Assembly: GCA_963667015.2 (NCBI GenBank)
Contig: CAXXJJ010000004.1
Coordinates: forward strand, 3,264,001-3,328,000
Source: Desulfatiglandales bacterium
GTDB lineage: Bacteria; Desulfobacterota; DSM-4660; Desulfatiglandales; HGW-15
Length of the DNA: 64,000 nucleotides
Direction of reading: 5' to 3'
Position 1 is the stretch's first letter, and every line of letters begins with the position of its first letter. Below, one piece after another: positions 54,188 to 62,886 of the stretch. The position numbers and the translations under genes are program-made. A model generated the notes under the pieces. That model had not been told where the DNA came from, ran no database searches, and saw only the letters and a program-made list of their open reading frames with translations.

Positions 54188-56185
54188 CTATTCCGAATGC
54201 CCTGAAAAAGACAGCATATTCCCTCGCCGCTCGTCCTCTTTCAGAAGGTTTTTTCTCATTTTGGCATGTATCTTTTCAGTTTTTTTCTGTGCACTAAAAA
54301 GTGCCTTCTTTAGAAAATAGCGCCAAAGCAGAGATTTTTTACGGGGATAAAAAACCGCCATCAATCTCCAGAATCCTCTCCCACCTCTTTCGAGGATGGA
54401 ATCTTCAAGAGAAAGTATTACCTCGAAACTACCTGGGTCCCCCATTCGGCCGCAACGTCCTGCCAGCTGGCGGTCTATCCTTCCCGCTTCATGCCGTTCA
54501 GTTATAATAACATGTAACCCTCCCAGGGCTATAACTTTTTCCTCAAGTCTAATATCCACACCACGGCCTGCCATATTTGTTGCGATTGTAATTTTACCTT
54601 CTTTTCCTGCTTCAGATATTATATCAGCCTCTTCTCTATCCTGCTTCGCGTTCAGTATCCTGAAAGGTAAATTTCTGTGTGACAAAACCTCTCCGATTTT
54701 TTCTGAGACCAGTACCGAACGGGTCCCCACAAGTACCGGCCTGCCAGTCCTGTGGAGAGAAATAACCCTGTCGGCGACATCCTCCCACTTATCATTTGCT
54801 GTAACATTTACCCTGTCCGGATATGATTTTCTTATTTTCTTTTTGTATGTGGGAACAGTTACAACAGGAAGATTATAGACTGCAGAAAGCTCCCTTTTTA
54901 CCTCGCACGCAGTACCCGTCATGCCTGATAACCTGATGTATCGTCTGAAAAACCTTTGATAACTAATGCGGGCAAGCACAAAAGACTGTCTGGATATCTC
55001 ACAACCTTCCTTAACCTCTATCAACTGATGCAGGCCCTTCTCGTATGACCTGTCAGGCATCACTCTCCCGGTAAACTCATCAATGATCTGCACCTTCCCA
55101 TCCCGTATCATGTATTGCTCATCCCTTTTAAAAAAATGAATCGCTGAAAGGGCAAGCCTGACAATCTCCATTCTCCTGACCTTTCCCTTCCATAACGGGC
55201 CAAGATAGGTGGATGCATAGTTTATCACCTCTTCACCTTCTGGCGTCAGTTTTATATTATGGTCAGCTTTATTAACAGTATAATGAGAAGGTTCTTTCAG
55301 TTTTTGTGCCAGGTCAACGGCCTGTTGAAAAAATTCGTGCTCATCTGCACTGCTTTCATTTTGACCGGAAATAATAAGTGGAGTTCTTGCCTCATCAATT
55401 AAAACACTGTCAGCTTCATCAACAATCGCATAATGAAGCCCCCTAAGTAACAGTCTCTTGATCCTCCGGTCGTTATCATAAAGATATTCAGCATTAAGCT
55501 TCAGGGTATCACGCCTGTTTTCAAGAGTAATCCTGTCCTTCAGATAATCGAACACCAGTTCTTTATTGGTACAATAAACAATATCCTTTGCATATGCCTC
55601 ACGTCTTTCTTCGGGGGTCATGCCATGAATAACAAACCCGGTAGTAATCCCCATTGCCCTGTATAAGAGACCGGTCCATCTGGCATCCCTTTCAGTGAGG
55701 TAATCATTGACTGTGATAACATGCACAGGTATTCCGGCCAGGGCTGCGGTTCCGGCAGCAAGGGTAGCGGTCAGGGTTTTCCCTTCGCCGGTTTCCATTT
55801 CTGCAACCATACCGTCCAGAAGAATCTTTCCGCCTCTGACCTGAGTATGAAAATGCCGTAACCCAAGTATCTTTAAAGATAATTCTCTGATAATGGCAAA
55901 GGCATGTGCAGCATTTTCTTCGGACAACCCTTCTTTATAAAAAAACGGCTTTAATTTTTCCGCCTTTTCGCTTAACTCTTTTTCAGATAAAATATCAAGT
56001 CCTTTTCCATAGCAGTCCACCTTTCTTATAAACTTATTCATCCGGTTACTTCGCTTTTTAAAAGAGGATGAAACAGAGGTCGCTATCCTCCTGCTCATTC
56101 TATCCAGTATACCAGAATCCTTCTCGGCTTTTTCAGGCCGGACAGTATATGATGCAGGGGAAAAATCTGGAGACAGGTTTATCAT
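54188..56185 (-). CDS. SecA paralogue, C-terminally truncated (NBD1-PPXD-NBD2 only)
   Basis: EMETGEGKT, TVNDYL, DEADSVLIDEARTPLIIS, GMTGT, ATNMAGRGVDI, RIDRQLAGRCGRMGDPG; 665 aa. Confidence 0.92.
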   Translation of the reverse strand: MINLSPDFSPASYTVRPEKAEKDSGILDRMSRRIATSVSSSFKKRSNRMNKFIRKVDCYGKGLDILSEKELSEKAEKLKPFFYKEGLSEENAAHAFAIIRELSLKILGLRHFHTQVRGGKILLDGMVAEMETGEGKTLTATLAAGTAALAGIPVHVITVNDYLTERDARWTGLLYRAMGITTGFVIHGMTPEERREAYAKDIVYCTNKELVFDYLKDRITLENRRDTLKLNAEYLYDNDRRIKRLLLRGLHYAIVDEADSVLIDEARTPLIISGQNESSADEHEFFQQAVDLAQKLKEPSHYTVNKADHNIKLTPEGEEVINYASTYLGPLWKGKVRRMEIVRLALSAIHFFKRDEQYMIRDGKVQIIDEFTGRVMPDRSYEKGLHQLIEVKEGCEISRQSFVLARISYQRFFRRYIRLSGMTGTACEVKRELSAVYNLPVVTVPTYKKKIRKSYPDRVNVTANDKWEDVADRVISLHRTGRPVLVGTRSVLVSEKIGEVLSHRNLPFRILNAKQDREEADIISEAGKEGKITIATNMAGRGVDIRLEEKVIALGGLHVIITERHEAGRIDRQLAGRCGRMGDPGSFEVILSLEDSILERGGRGFWRLMAVFYPRKKSLLWRYFLKKALFSAQKKTEKIHAKMRKNLLKEDERRGNMLSFSGHSE

Positions 56186-56187
56186 GA

Positions 56188-58332
56188 TTACACGCTGAAT
56201 TTTCTGAGCAAGGTCCGCCTGATTGCGCGGTATATCCTTGAAAAAAGTGGTTCGGATCCGTGATCAAAACGTATAAACACCCTTTCTCCAATTGCTGACA
56301 AACGGGGGCTGTCTATTGTTATTTCAAAATGAAAAAGGTTTTCAAACGCCTTAAGCTTTTCCCTTTCCTGGGGATCAAGTGCAAGTTCACCACCCCCTTC
56401 AAGGCTCAGTGCAAGACTTGGAAGCTCATATGAGGCCGCAGGGATTTCCCGCTTTATACGAGCGGAATATGTGTTATTCAAATTTCCTGCCAGCTTTGCC
56501 TCAATATTTTTTGTATCGGTACGGACCCTGTCTATGTCCTTCTGGGTCACGACTATCATGGCAGTAACCCTGTCGAAATCAACAACATACCCTAGCTGTG
56601 CACCACGCATGATGTATTGACCGTACAGACTATCCTGTTCCGGCAGCAGAAAAATGCCATCCAGAGGGCTTCTGATTGTGAGATTATCGAGTTTTTCCGA
56701 AAGATCTTTTAACTCGGATTCAATTCGCCATATTTCATCCTGGAGTATCTTTGTTTCTGTCCTGTCACGTGTTCTGGCTACTCCAAGCCGCCACTCATAC
56801 TCTTCCAGGGAGTACTCAAGCTCTTTTTTTTCCGCAGTCAATTCCTGATTTTCACAGATAATCAAAGGTGCCCCTTTTTTTACTTCCTGGCCCGAAACGG
56901 CAGCTATTTCTTTTATAAAGCCATTTGTGCCGGCATAAAGCCTTGATTTATCAGGTGCCCACAACACCCCCTCTGAAATAGTGGAAGATGGAAAAGGAAC
57001 TATAAAAACAGATAAAACAATTAACAGGATACAAACAGAAATAACTGTAACAACCCTCATCCTTTTACGCTGCATGGAAGGATCATTAAATAAAAACCTG
57101 AATACCTTACTTAATGGCATAACCAGCATCCCCGCCAGCCCCCACAGGGCAAAGACTGTTCCGATTATAAAAAATTTACCTGCAACAAATATTGCTATCC
57201 TGACCATAATAAACATACGGTATACAAAAGAAGCCATCCCGTATACTAAAAACCATGCGGCCTCACCCTTTGCGGTTACAGGGTTCTGGGGTTCCTCCAC
57301 ATTCAGCAGATATTTCTGAAGGATATAACCGATATACCTGTTTGACCGCATTGCCAGATTGGGTATTTCAATCAAGTCAGACAATATATAATAGGCATCA
57401 AAACGGAGCAAGGGATTGCCGTTAAATAACAGTGTTGAAACACCTGCTATTAGCATAATATTGAATGCTACAGCCCTTACTGCACCCGGTTCCACATTTG
57501 TCCAGACAATGATTGCAAGAGATGCAAGCATAAGTTCAGCCATGATTCCTGCCGCCCCTACCATAACTCTCTTATAGCGCTCTTTAAAGGCAATAGAAGA
57601 AGATGCCTCTACATAGGGGATGGGAACAAATACCAGAAACATTATTCCCATCTCATGTACTTCCCCGCCCCAGTGCTTGATAGTATAGGCATGTGAGAAT
57701 TCATGGATTATCTTTATTACAGGGTAAACAAGCCACAATAAAAAAACATTTTCAAGGGCCAGCACCCTGTCAGTCAGATTAAGGGTCAGTTCTGTCCAAT
57801 GGACAAGTGTAAGATATATTGCTGACAGCAATATTATGCAATACAAAAAAAACACTGTTTTGCTGAACAGCAGTCTCGTTAAAAACACTGTTTTTGAGAG
57901 AAATTTTTCAGGATCAAGCAGAGGAATAGTGACTGAGAGAGGAGACCTGATCCGGCTTATAATATAATTTTTTTTATAGCGCATATGCCGTTCATACAGG
58001 TCTGCGATGTCCGGGGGAATATCGCTCTGGAGCATATCCACCTGATGAAGCTGTGATAAAAGATTTATTACCTCATCCTGGGTGGGCATGTCATCGCCAA
58101 GGTTTTCACATGCCGATTCCCAGATCTCCTGCAGAGTACCTGAGCCATCCATCAGGCCAATTATGTAATAAGCCTCTTTTGAGAACCGGTGATATGTTCC
58201 TGTGGAATGATCCTGCAGCACATACCAGTCCCGTCCCCTGTATACATGATGATGTATCTGGGCATGACTGCGCAGACGAGGTTTAAGGTCCGCGACCCGG
58301 TACCATGATTCACTGAAAAGAGAATATGTCAA
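56188..58332 (-). CDS. PqqD-like / M50 site-2 protease / HlyD-MFP fusion protein
   Basis: N-terminal winged-helix-like segment, HEFSH and NGNPLLRFD zinc motifs in TM region, C-terminal hairpin with IRSPLDG. Confidence 0.85.
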   Translation of the reverse strand: MTYSLFSESWYRVADLKPRLRSHAQIHHHVYRGRDWYVLQDHSTGTYHRFSKEAYYIIGLMDGSGTLQEIWESACENLGDDMPTQDEVINLLSQLHQVDMLQSDIPPDIADLYERHMRYKKNYIISRIRSPLSVTIPLLDPEKFLSKTVFLTRLLFSKTVFFLYCIILLSAIYLTLVHWTELTLNLTDRVLALENVFLLWLVYPVIKIIHEFSHAYTIKHWGGEVHEMGIMFLVFVPIPYVEASSSIAFKERYKRVMVGAAGIMAELMLASLAIIVWTNVEPGAVRAVAFNIMLIAGVSTLLFNGNPLLRFDAYYILSDLIEIPNLAMRSNRYIGYILQKYLLNVEEPQNPVTAKGEAAWFLVYGMASFVYRMFIMVRIAIFVAGKFFIIGTVFALWGLAGMLVMPLSKVFRFLFNDPSMQRKRMRVVTVISVCILLIVLSVFIVPFPSSTISEGVLWAPDKSRLYAGTNGFIKEIAAVSGQEVKKGAPLIICENQELTAEKKELEYSLEEYEWRLGVARTRDRTETKILQDEIWRIESELKDLSEKLDNLTIRSPLDGIFLLPEQDSLYGQYIMRGAQLGYVVDFDRVTAMIVVTQKDIDRVRTDTKNIEAKLAGNLNNTYSARIKREIPAASYELPSLALSLEGGGELALDPQEREKLKAFENLFHFEITIDSPRLSAIGERVFIRFDHGSEPLFSRIYRAIRRTLLRKFSV

Positions 58333-58357
58333 ATATGTGCCTTTTGTTTATAAATAT

Positions 58358-60223
58358 TTACGACCAGTACTCCCATATCTTGAGCTTAAACCATTCCCTC
58401 ATATTTCTTGTCCATATGGAAAAGAGATTTCTTCTGCCCACGTATATCTTGCCCACACCCTCCATTCCAGGTCTCAGTCTATCCTCACCCGTTGAAAGTC
58501 TGGCCTCCACCCTAAAATAATTGAGCCCTTCCTTGGCAAGAGTAATAGGAGTAATTTTATCAACGGTAAAAGCTATTTTTTCACCGGGCAAAGCAGATAA
58601 AATCATCATGCCCTGCTGCCCGACTAATACATCTGTTATACGGCGTTCATCCACTTCAAGGATGATCCGGTACTGATCAAGAGGAGCTATTTCGAAAAGG
58701 ATTTCTCCCTTTCCTGCCGCGCCTCCAAGTCTCTGGCTCAGGTCACCGCTCAGGACAAGGCCTTTAAACGGTGCCGTTAATAATGTCTTTTTAAGCTGGC
58801 TTTCAGTAAGTTCAAGACGAGCGTTGGCCTGATCAAGCTGTGCCTTTATTATATTTGTCTCTGCTCTTTCATGTTTCGCCTGTGCTTCCTGATATTGCTT
58901 CTGGTACTGAGCGATTTTACTTATCCAGTTGAGACGTTCAAGACGATACTCCCTGTCATCCATCACGCATAGTTTTTCATCCTGCGCCACATAGTCGCCA
59001 GCCCTTACATAAGAATCTTTTATATACCCTTCAAAGGGTGCGACAATAACCCTTTTAACATCACCTTCGAGAACAGTATTGGCGGAGATTTTATAATCCC
59101 CGGTCTTTACAGAAAAAAATACCACCAGAATTATAAGGAAAAGAATTAACAGTTTTCTTCCCGCATATTGATGTCCGACTATCTTTTTTAACTGGTTTTT
59201 ACATCCATCCATTGCAACGTGTACAATGGATCGTTCCTTCTGGCGCATTATTTCAAGCACCGGAAGAATAAGTGATGCCACACTGCTGCAATACATGGCA
59301 TCATCCTTATTAAAAGGCCGTTTTTTCGATCTTTCAAGGGTAATAACACTATAATATCTGTCATCATCATAGAAAGGGATAGAAAGGATATATTCTGACC
59401 CATGCTTTCTTGAGAGCTGTTCATGATCCCTGACTATCTGTCGATCATACCTGGTCGCGGGATAATAAACTTCTTTTCGCTGGGTAACAGCCTCATCCAT
59501 GGCCTTTATGATTGCCTGAATCAGGTTCATATTATCCGATACCCTGCTGCTGTGTGAAACAGACTCAACTCTGATTTTTTTATTTTTTATAAAACCAAGA
59601 CTCACCCTATCACATTCAAGATATGCAGTAAGTTCGGTTACAAAAGACATACAGGCGCTTACATAGGATTTTTTTGAAAAAACATCTGCCAGCAGGTCAA
59701 CAGAGGCTTTTAATCTTTCAAAAGAGTTCTTTGCCCTCTCCTCTTTTTCGCGTCGAAGCATGACCTCTATCCATGAGGTACCCCATTGAAGCTGTTCCAT
59801 GGTATACTTCAGATGATCCTCGGTTTCGGCTACTGCTTCCAGTGCAACAAGTCCATAAAACTCTTCTCCTGCCATTATGGGGTAGGCTAAACCATAGGTA
59901 CGAATTGAATCAGAATCGGCCCCAACATGGTCCAGCTCAACCAGCATGCCGCTTTTTTCTTCCAGGACACGTTCTGATATTTCAGTCAGCCTTTCGGGAT
60001 CTCCCCCGATTTCAGGCCATATTGCGCTTGGGGAATATGATTTTGCTCCTTCTTCTGCCAGCACAACAATACCCTGCACAACATTGGCAAGGATTGAACA
60101 TTGCAGCGTCAGCCAGTAACTGCAGTATTCTTCCCTCTCACTGGCATCAACAAAATCCGCCCACAACTGATTGTCGATTCTCGGCTGAAATTTCATTTCT
60201 TCATTAAGGTTACTTTTAACCAC
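58358..60223 (-). CDS. GAF-domain / HlyD-MFP fusion protein
   Basis: GAF-like ECDRVSLG...ILSIPF...VITLER; single TM; IVAPFEG, LTAPFKG, LRPGMEG. Confidence 0.85.
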   Translation of the reverse strand: MVKSNLNEEMKFQPRIDNQLWADFVDASEREEYCSYWLTLQCSILANVVQGIVVLAEEGAKSYSPSAIWPEIGGDPERLTEISERVLEEKSGMLVELDHVGADSDSIRTYGLAYPIMAGEEFYGLVALEAVAETEDHLKYTMEQLQWGTSWIEVMLRREKEERAKNSFERLKASVDLLADVFSKKSYVSACMSFVTELTAYLECDRVSLGFIKNKKIRVESVSHSSRVSDNMNLIQAIIKAMDEAVTQRKEVYYPATRYDRQIVRDHEQLSRKHGSEYILSIPFYDDDRYYSVITLERSKKRPFNKDDAMYCSSVASLILPVLEIMRQKERSIVHVAMDGCKNQLKKIVGHQYAGRKLLILFLIILVVFFSVKTGDYKISANTVLEGDVKRVIVAPFEGYIKDSYVRAGDYVAQDEKLCVMDDREYRLERLNWISKIAQYQKQYQEAQAKHERAETNIIKAQLDQANARLELTESQLKKTLLTAPFKGLVLSGDLSQRLGGAAGKGEILFEIAPLDQYRIILEVDERRITDVLVGQQGMMILSALPGEKIAFTVDKITPITLAKEGLNYFRVEARLSTGEDRLRPGMEGVGKIYVGRRNLFSIWTRNMREWFKLKIWEYWS

Positions 60224-60290
60224 GATAACTCCCCGTTATGACGCCATTAAGACACATTTGCTTTAAACGCCTGCTGACTAAATCTGCCTT

Positions 60291-60326
60291 AAAAAAAAGG
60301 ACTTAACCTTGCCAGCTAAGTCCTTT
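60291..60326 (-). terminator. Intrinsic terminator between DUF3467 and the GAF-MFP gene
   Basis: Minus strand AAAGGACTTAG-loop-TTAAGTCCTTTTTTTT. Confidence 0.75.
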
Positions 60327-60578
60327 GATTGAATAATATTTTAATACCTGAATTTTGCACGAAATCGTTCTGAAATGCATATAGGGTTCTATGAACCTCG
60401 TTATTACTGAGTTTTGAAAGGCTTAATATTTTCCATACTTTAACCAAGTAGGTTATGAAGTACAATTTTACAATTCTAAAAAGCTAGCCTGATAGGGCTT
60501 TTCAATGCCACCCGGAAAGCCAGTAAAATAGGGGCTCTTAAAACACAGTGTTTTTATGGTACGTTTAACCATTTGATA

Positions 60579-62372
60579 CCTGAATTTTGCACACAATTGA
60601 TCACTCCAAGAATAAAAAAATAAATTTCTATCTTAGCTTATTGAGAGTTGAACTAAGCGCGTTTGATATTTCGCCTGTTATTCAACTCGTCACAACATTT
60701 AATTTCAATCATTTTTCATTTTTTCTTAATATTTTTTCAGCATGGTATTTCTCATGCAAGAAATTTTATGCACGCATATTGTTTAATGAAAAACGACAAT
60801 TCCAGGGGCTACCTTCAACCCATGGTTTTATTTTCTCTCTCGCTCTATCAAGGTAACACATAAAATGCATTAGCCCTGGTGTTCGCATATCGTGGATAGA
60901 ATACTTTACTTTATCCTTCGAATGATAAACTACTTTTGCGGCTATTAATAAAAGCCTTAATCTAGCAATTCGAACCTGATTGTTTGCAAGTCCACTTAAA
61001 GAAGGATAGGGAGTTGCATTCCTATCATCTGAAGATGTAACTTCCTGGTTACTCAGTTGGGCCATCATTTTATAGTAGCGCCAGATATTATAGGCCAGCA
61101 TTACAATCTGAAAATAGGCATAGTTATTTTTAAATTTAGCTGAAGGAATTGCTTCAAGCCCTTCTCTTTTTGCTTCTCCAACCAGGTTCTCTACATCAGC
61201 TCTTTTATCATACTCTGCTATTACTTTATGGGCTTTCTTTGTAAGGCTTGTGCAGAAAATCCGATATGTGTATCTATCATCCTCGAACAATTCGTATTGT
61301 ACAGGTTCATCAGGAGAACTATTTTGATCTTTAGGAAACCTCATTGCAACAAACCTGCATGGACACTCCCAGCCTATGGGCTGGTATACACAACTGCTAT
61401 ATTCAACCAGTTGCTTTTTATTAGGTTTGTACCATGCTTTTGGATCAAAAGGCGGATTGGCCCCTTTATTGGCAATAATGTAATCAAAGAAAACTTCAAT
61501 GCATGCTTCAACGCTTTCCCATCCGAAAAACTCTCCGTCTCCACGAAAGAGAACTTCTTCAACACAGCCCGGTAAATGCTCTTTGATTTTTTTTATAAAC
61601 TTACCTACTTCCACACTGCTCATTGTTTCACCTTTTCGGAGTTTGCCAATAAGATATTCTCTTGTCTCATCGATAAAACATAGTACAGGTCGATAGCCCT
61701 TTTTCCCTCTATTTTTTGTGTTATGGCCTTTCCTGCTTCCTTGTTGATTTCCATATACCGTTTCAACTGTCGTGTCTGTGCTTATATGTATCTGCTTATA
61801 TTTAAGGCCGCATAACAACCAAACACGTTCCCTTAACACCCTCATGATACTTAACAGCGCATTGGCTTGATTTATACCCAGACTGTTCACATAACGCCAG
61901 AAGGTACTTGCCACCGGTAATGCCTCAACCTGAAAATATCCGCATACCATTGCATCAAGTCGAATATACGTAAAATGCCATAATCTGTTGAACCCTATAA
62001 AGAGTAGCGTTAATACCCCCACTACCATATGATAATTGCCCAGCTTGGTTTTCCGGTCTGGCGCAATATATTTATTTTTGAATATCTCTTCAAACTCAAT
62101 CAGATCAAAAAACTTGATTAGCCCAAGAAGCCCTCCAAATGCACTTAACTGCTCGGTGCATGTTTCATAAACCGTGGAAGCATTGATTTTTCTAGCTCTC
62201 CCGCCCTCAGATCCAGAACCTTTACCTACAACCTTTTCCGTGCTATTGTCTTTTTGTTTCTTTACCATCTGGGTTTCCTCCTGTTATTTATTTTGGTTCC
62301 TCAAAACCCTTTAATAACAGGTTACCCAGATGGTTTTTCAAGCTTTTTTTATTTAATCATGCAAAATTCAGG
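60579..62372 (-). mobile_element. IS1380-family insertion sequence, 1794 bp
   Basis: TIRs CCTGAATTTTGCAC (60579-60592) / ATGCAAAATTCAGG (62359-62372); direct repeat TGATA (60574-60578, 62373-62377); single transposase. Confidence 0.9.
60766..62268 (-). CDS. IS1380-family DDE transposase
   Basis: LSAFGGL, STDTT...YGNQQG, GYRP, FRGDGEF, YDKRADVENLVGEAK, LAYN. Confidence 0.9.
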   Translation of the reverse strand: MVKKQKDNSTEKVVGKGSGSEGGRARKINASTVYETCTEQLSAFGGLLGLIKFFDLIEFEEIFKNKYIAPDRKTKLGNYHMVVGVLTLLFIGFNRLWHFTYIRLDAMVCGYFQVEALPVASTFWRYVNSLGINQANALLSIMRVLRERVWLLCGLKYKQIHISTDTTVETVYGNQQGSRKGHNTKNRGKKGYRPVLCFIDETREYLIGKLRKGETMSSVEVGKFIKKIKEHLPGCVEEVLFRGDGEFFGWESVEACIEVFFDYIIANKGANPPFDPKAWYKPNKKQLVEYSSCVYQPIGWECPCRFVAMRFPKDQNSSPDEPVQYELFEDDRYTYRIFCTSLTKKAHKVIAEYDKRADVENLVGEAKREGLEAIPSAKFKNNYAYFQIVMLAYNIWRYYKMMAQLSNQEVTSSDDRNATPYPSLSGLANNQVRIARLRLLLIAAKVVYHSKDKVKYSIHDMRTPGLMHFMCYLDRAREKIKPWVEGSPWNCRFSLNNMRA

Positions 62373-62481
62373 TGATAATTCGTTGAAATTTACCCGTGCA
62401 AAAATTTTCTTGCACGGGATTTTATAAAAGTGGTGCAAAATTCAGGTAATACATTAAAATATGATAGTTTTTATCCCGCAA

Positions 62482-62811
62482 TTATTTCGGCTGCTCGATC
62501 TTCAGTTCACCAAAACGTGATTCATATTCCCTTATAATGTTGTTCAGCAGCATTGACAGCCTTTTTGCAGCAAAGGGATTTAATATAATTCTATCGGAAA
62601 GCTGGACTGTAAGTTCCGGCTGGCCTGTATACCAGCTCTGGTTTGTACCGAAAAGCAGTGTCACTTCTTCACGGGTACTGGAAACATTACATACATTAGC
62701 ATAGGTACTGGTCATTTTTGAATCATCCCATCGCAGTGTCTGTGTCGCAGCAGCTTTTTCATCCTTAGCATTTTTTACTTCTTCATTTTTTGCATCCTGT
62801 TTCTGAGCCAT
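62482..62811 (-). CDS. DUF3467 family protein
   Basis: WDDSKMTSTYANVCNVSSTREEVTLLFG...RIILNPFAAKRL; GAGGAGG RBS. Confidence 0.8.
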   Translation of the reverse strand: MAQKQDAKNEEVKNAKDEKAAATQTLRWDDSKMTSTYANVCNVSSTREEVTLLFGTNQSWYTGQPELTVQLSDRIILNPFAAKRLSMLLNNIIREYESRFGELKIEQPK

Positions 62812-62886
62812 AATTCCTCCTCAATATTTGATGTTTAACACTTATACCATCGATAATAGATCAGGCTATAACTTAACAAAAAGTAA

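Larger units (their letters stand above)
60347..62446. mobile_element. Non-autonomous MITE (301 bp once the inner IS is removed) with IS1380-type ends
   Basis: Perfect 14-bp TIRs CCTGAATTTTGCAC (60347-60360) / GTGCAAAATTCAGG (62433-62446); flanking direct repeat TAATA (60342-60346, 62447-62451). Confidence 0.85.

Noticed and set aside
54188..56185. Housekeeping secA or a secA pseudogene
   Set aside because: Too short for housekeeping SecA, yet motifs are intact and it is tightly packed among MFP genes
60743..60759. TGGTATTTCTCATGCAA sigma54-like element within the IS
   Set aside because: Weak match, faces antisense into the transposase, and overlaps a motif better explained as a TIR-like palindrome
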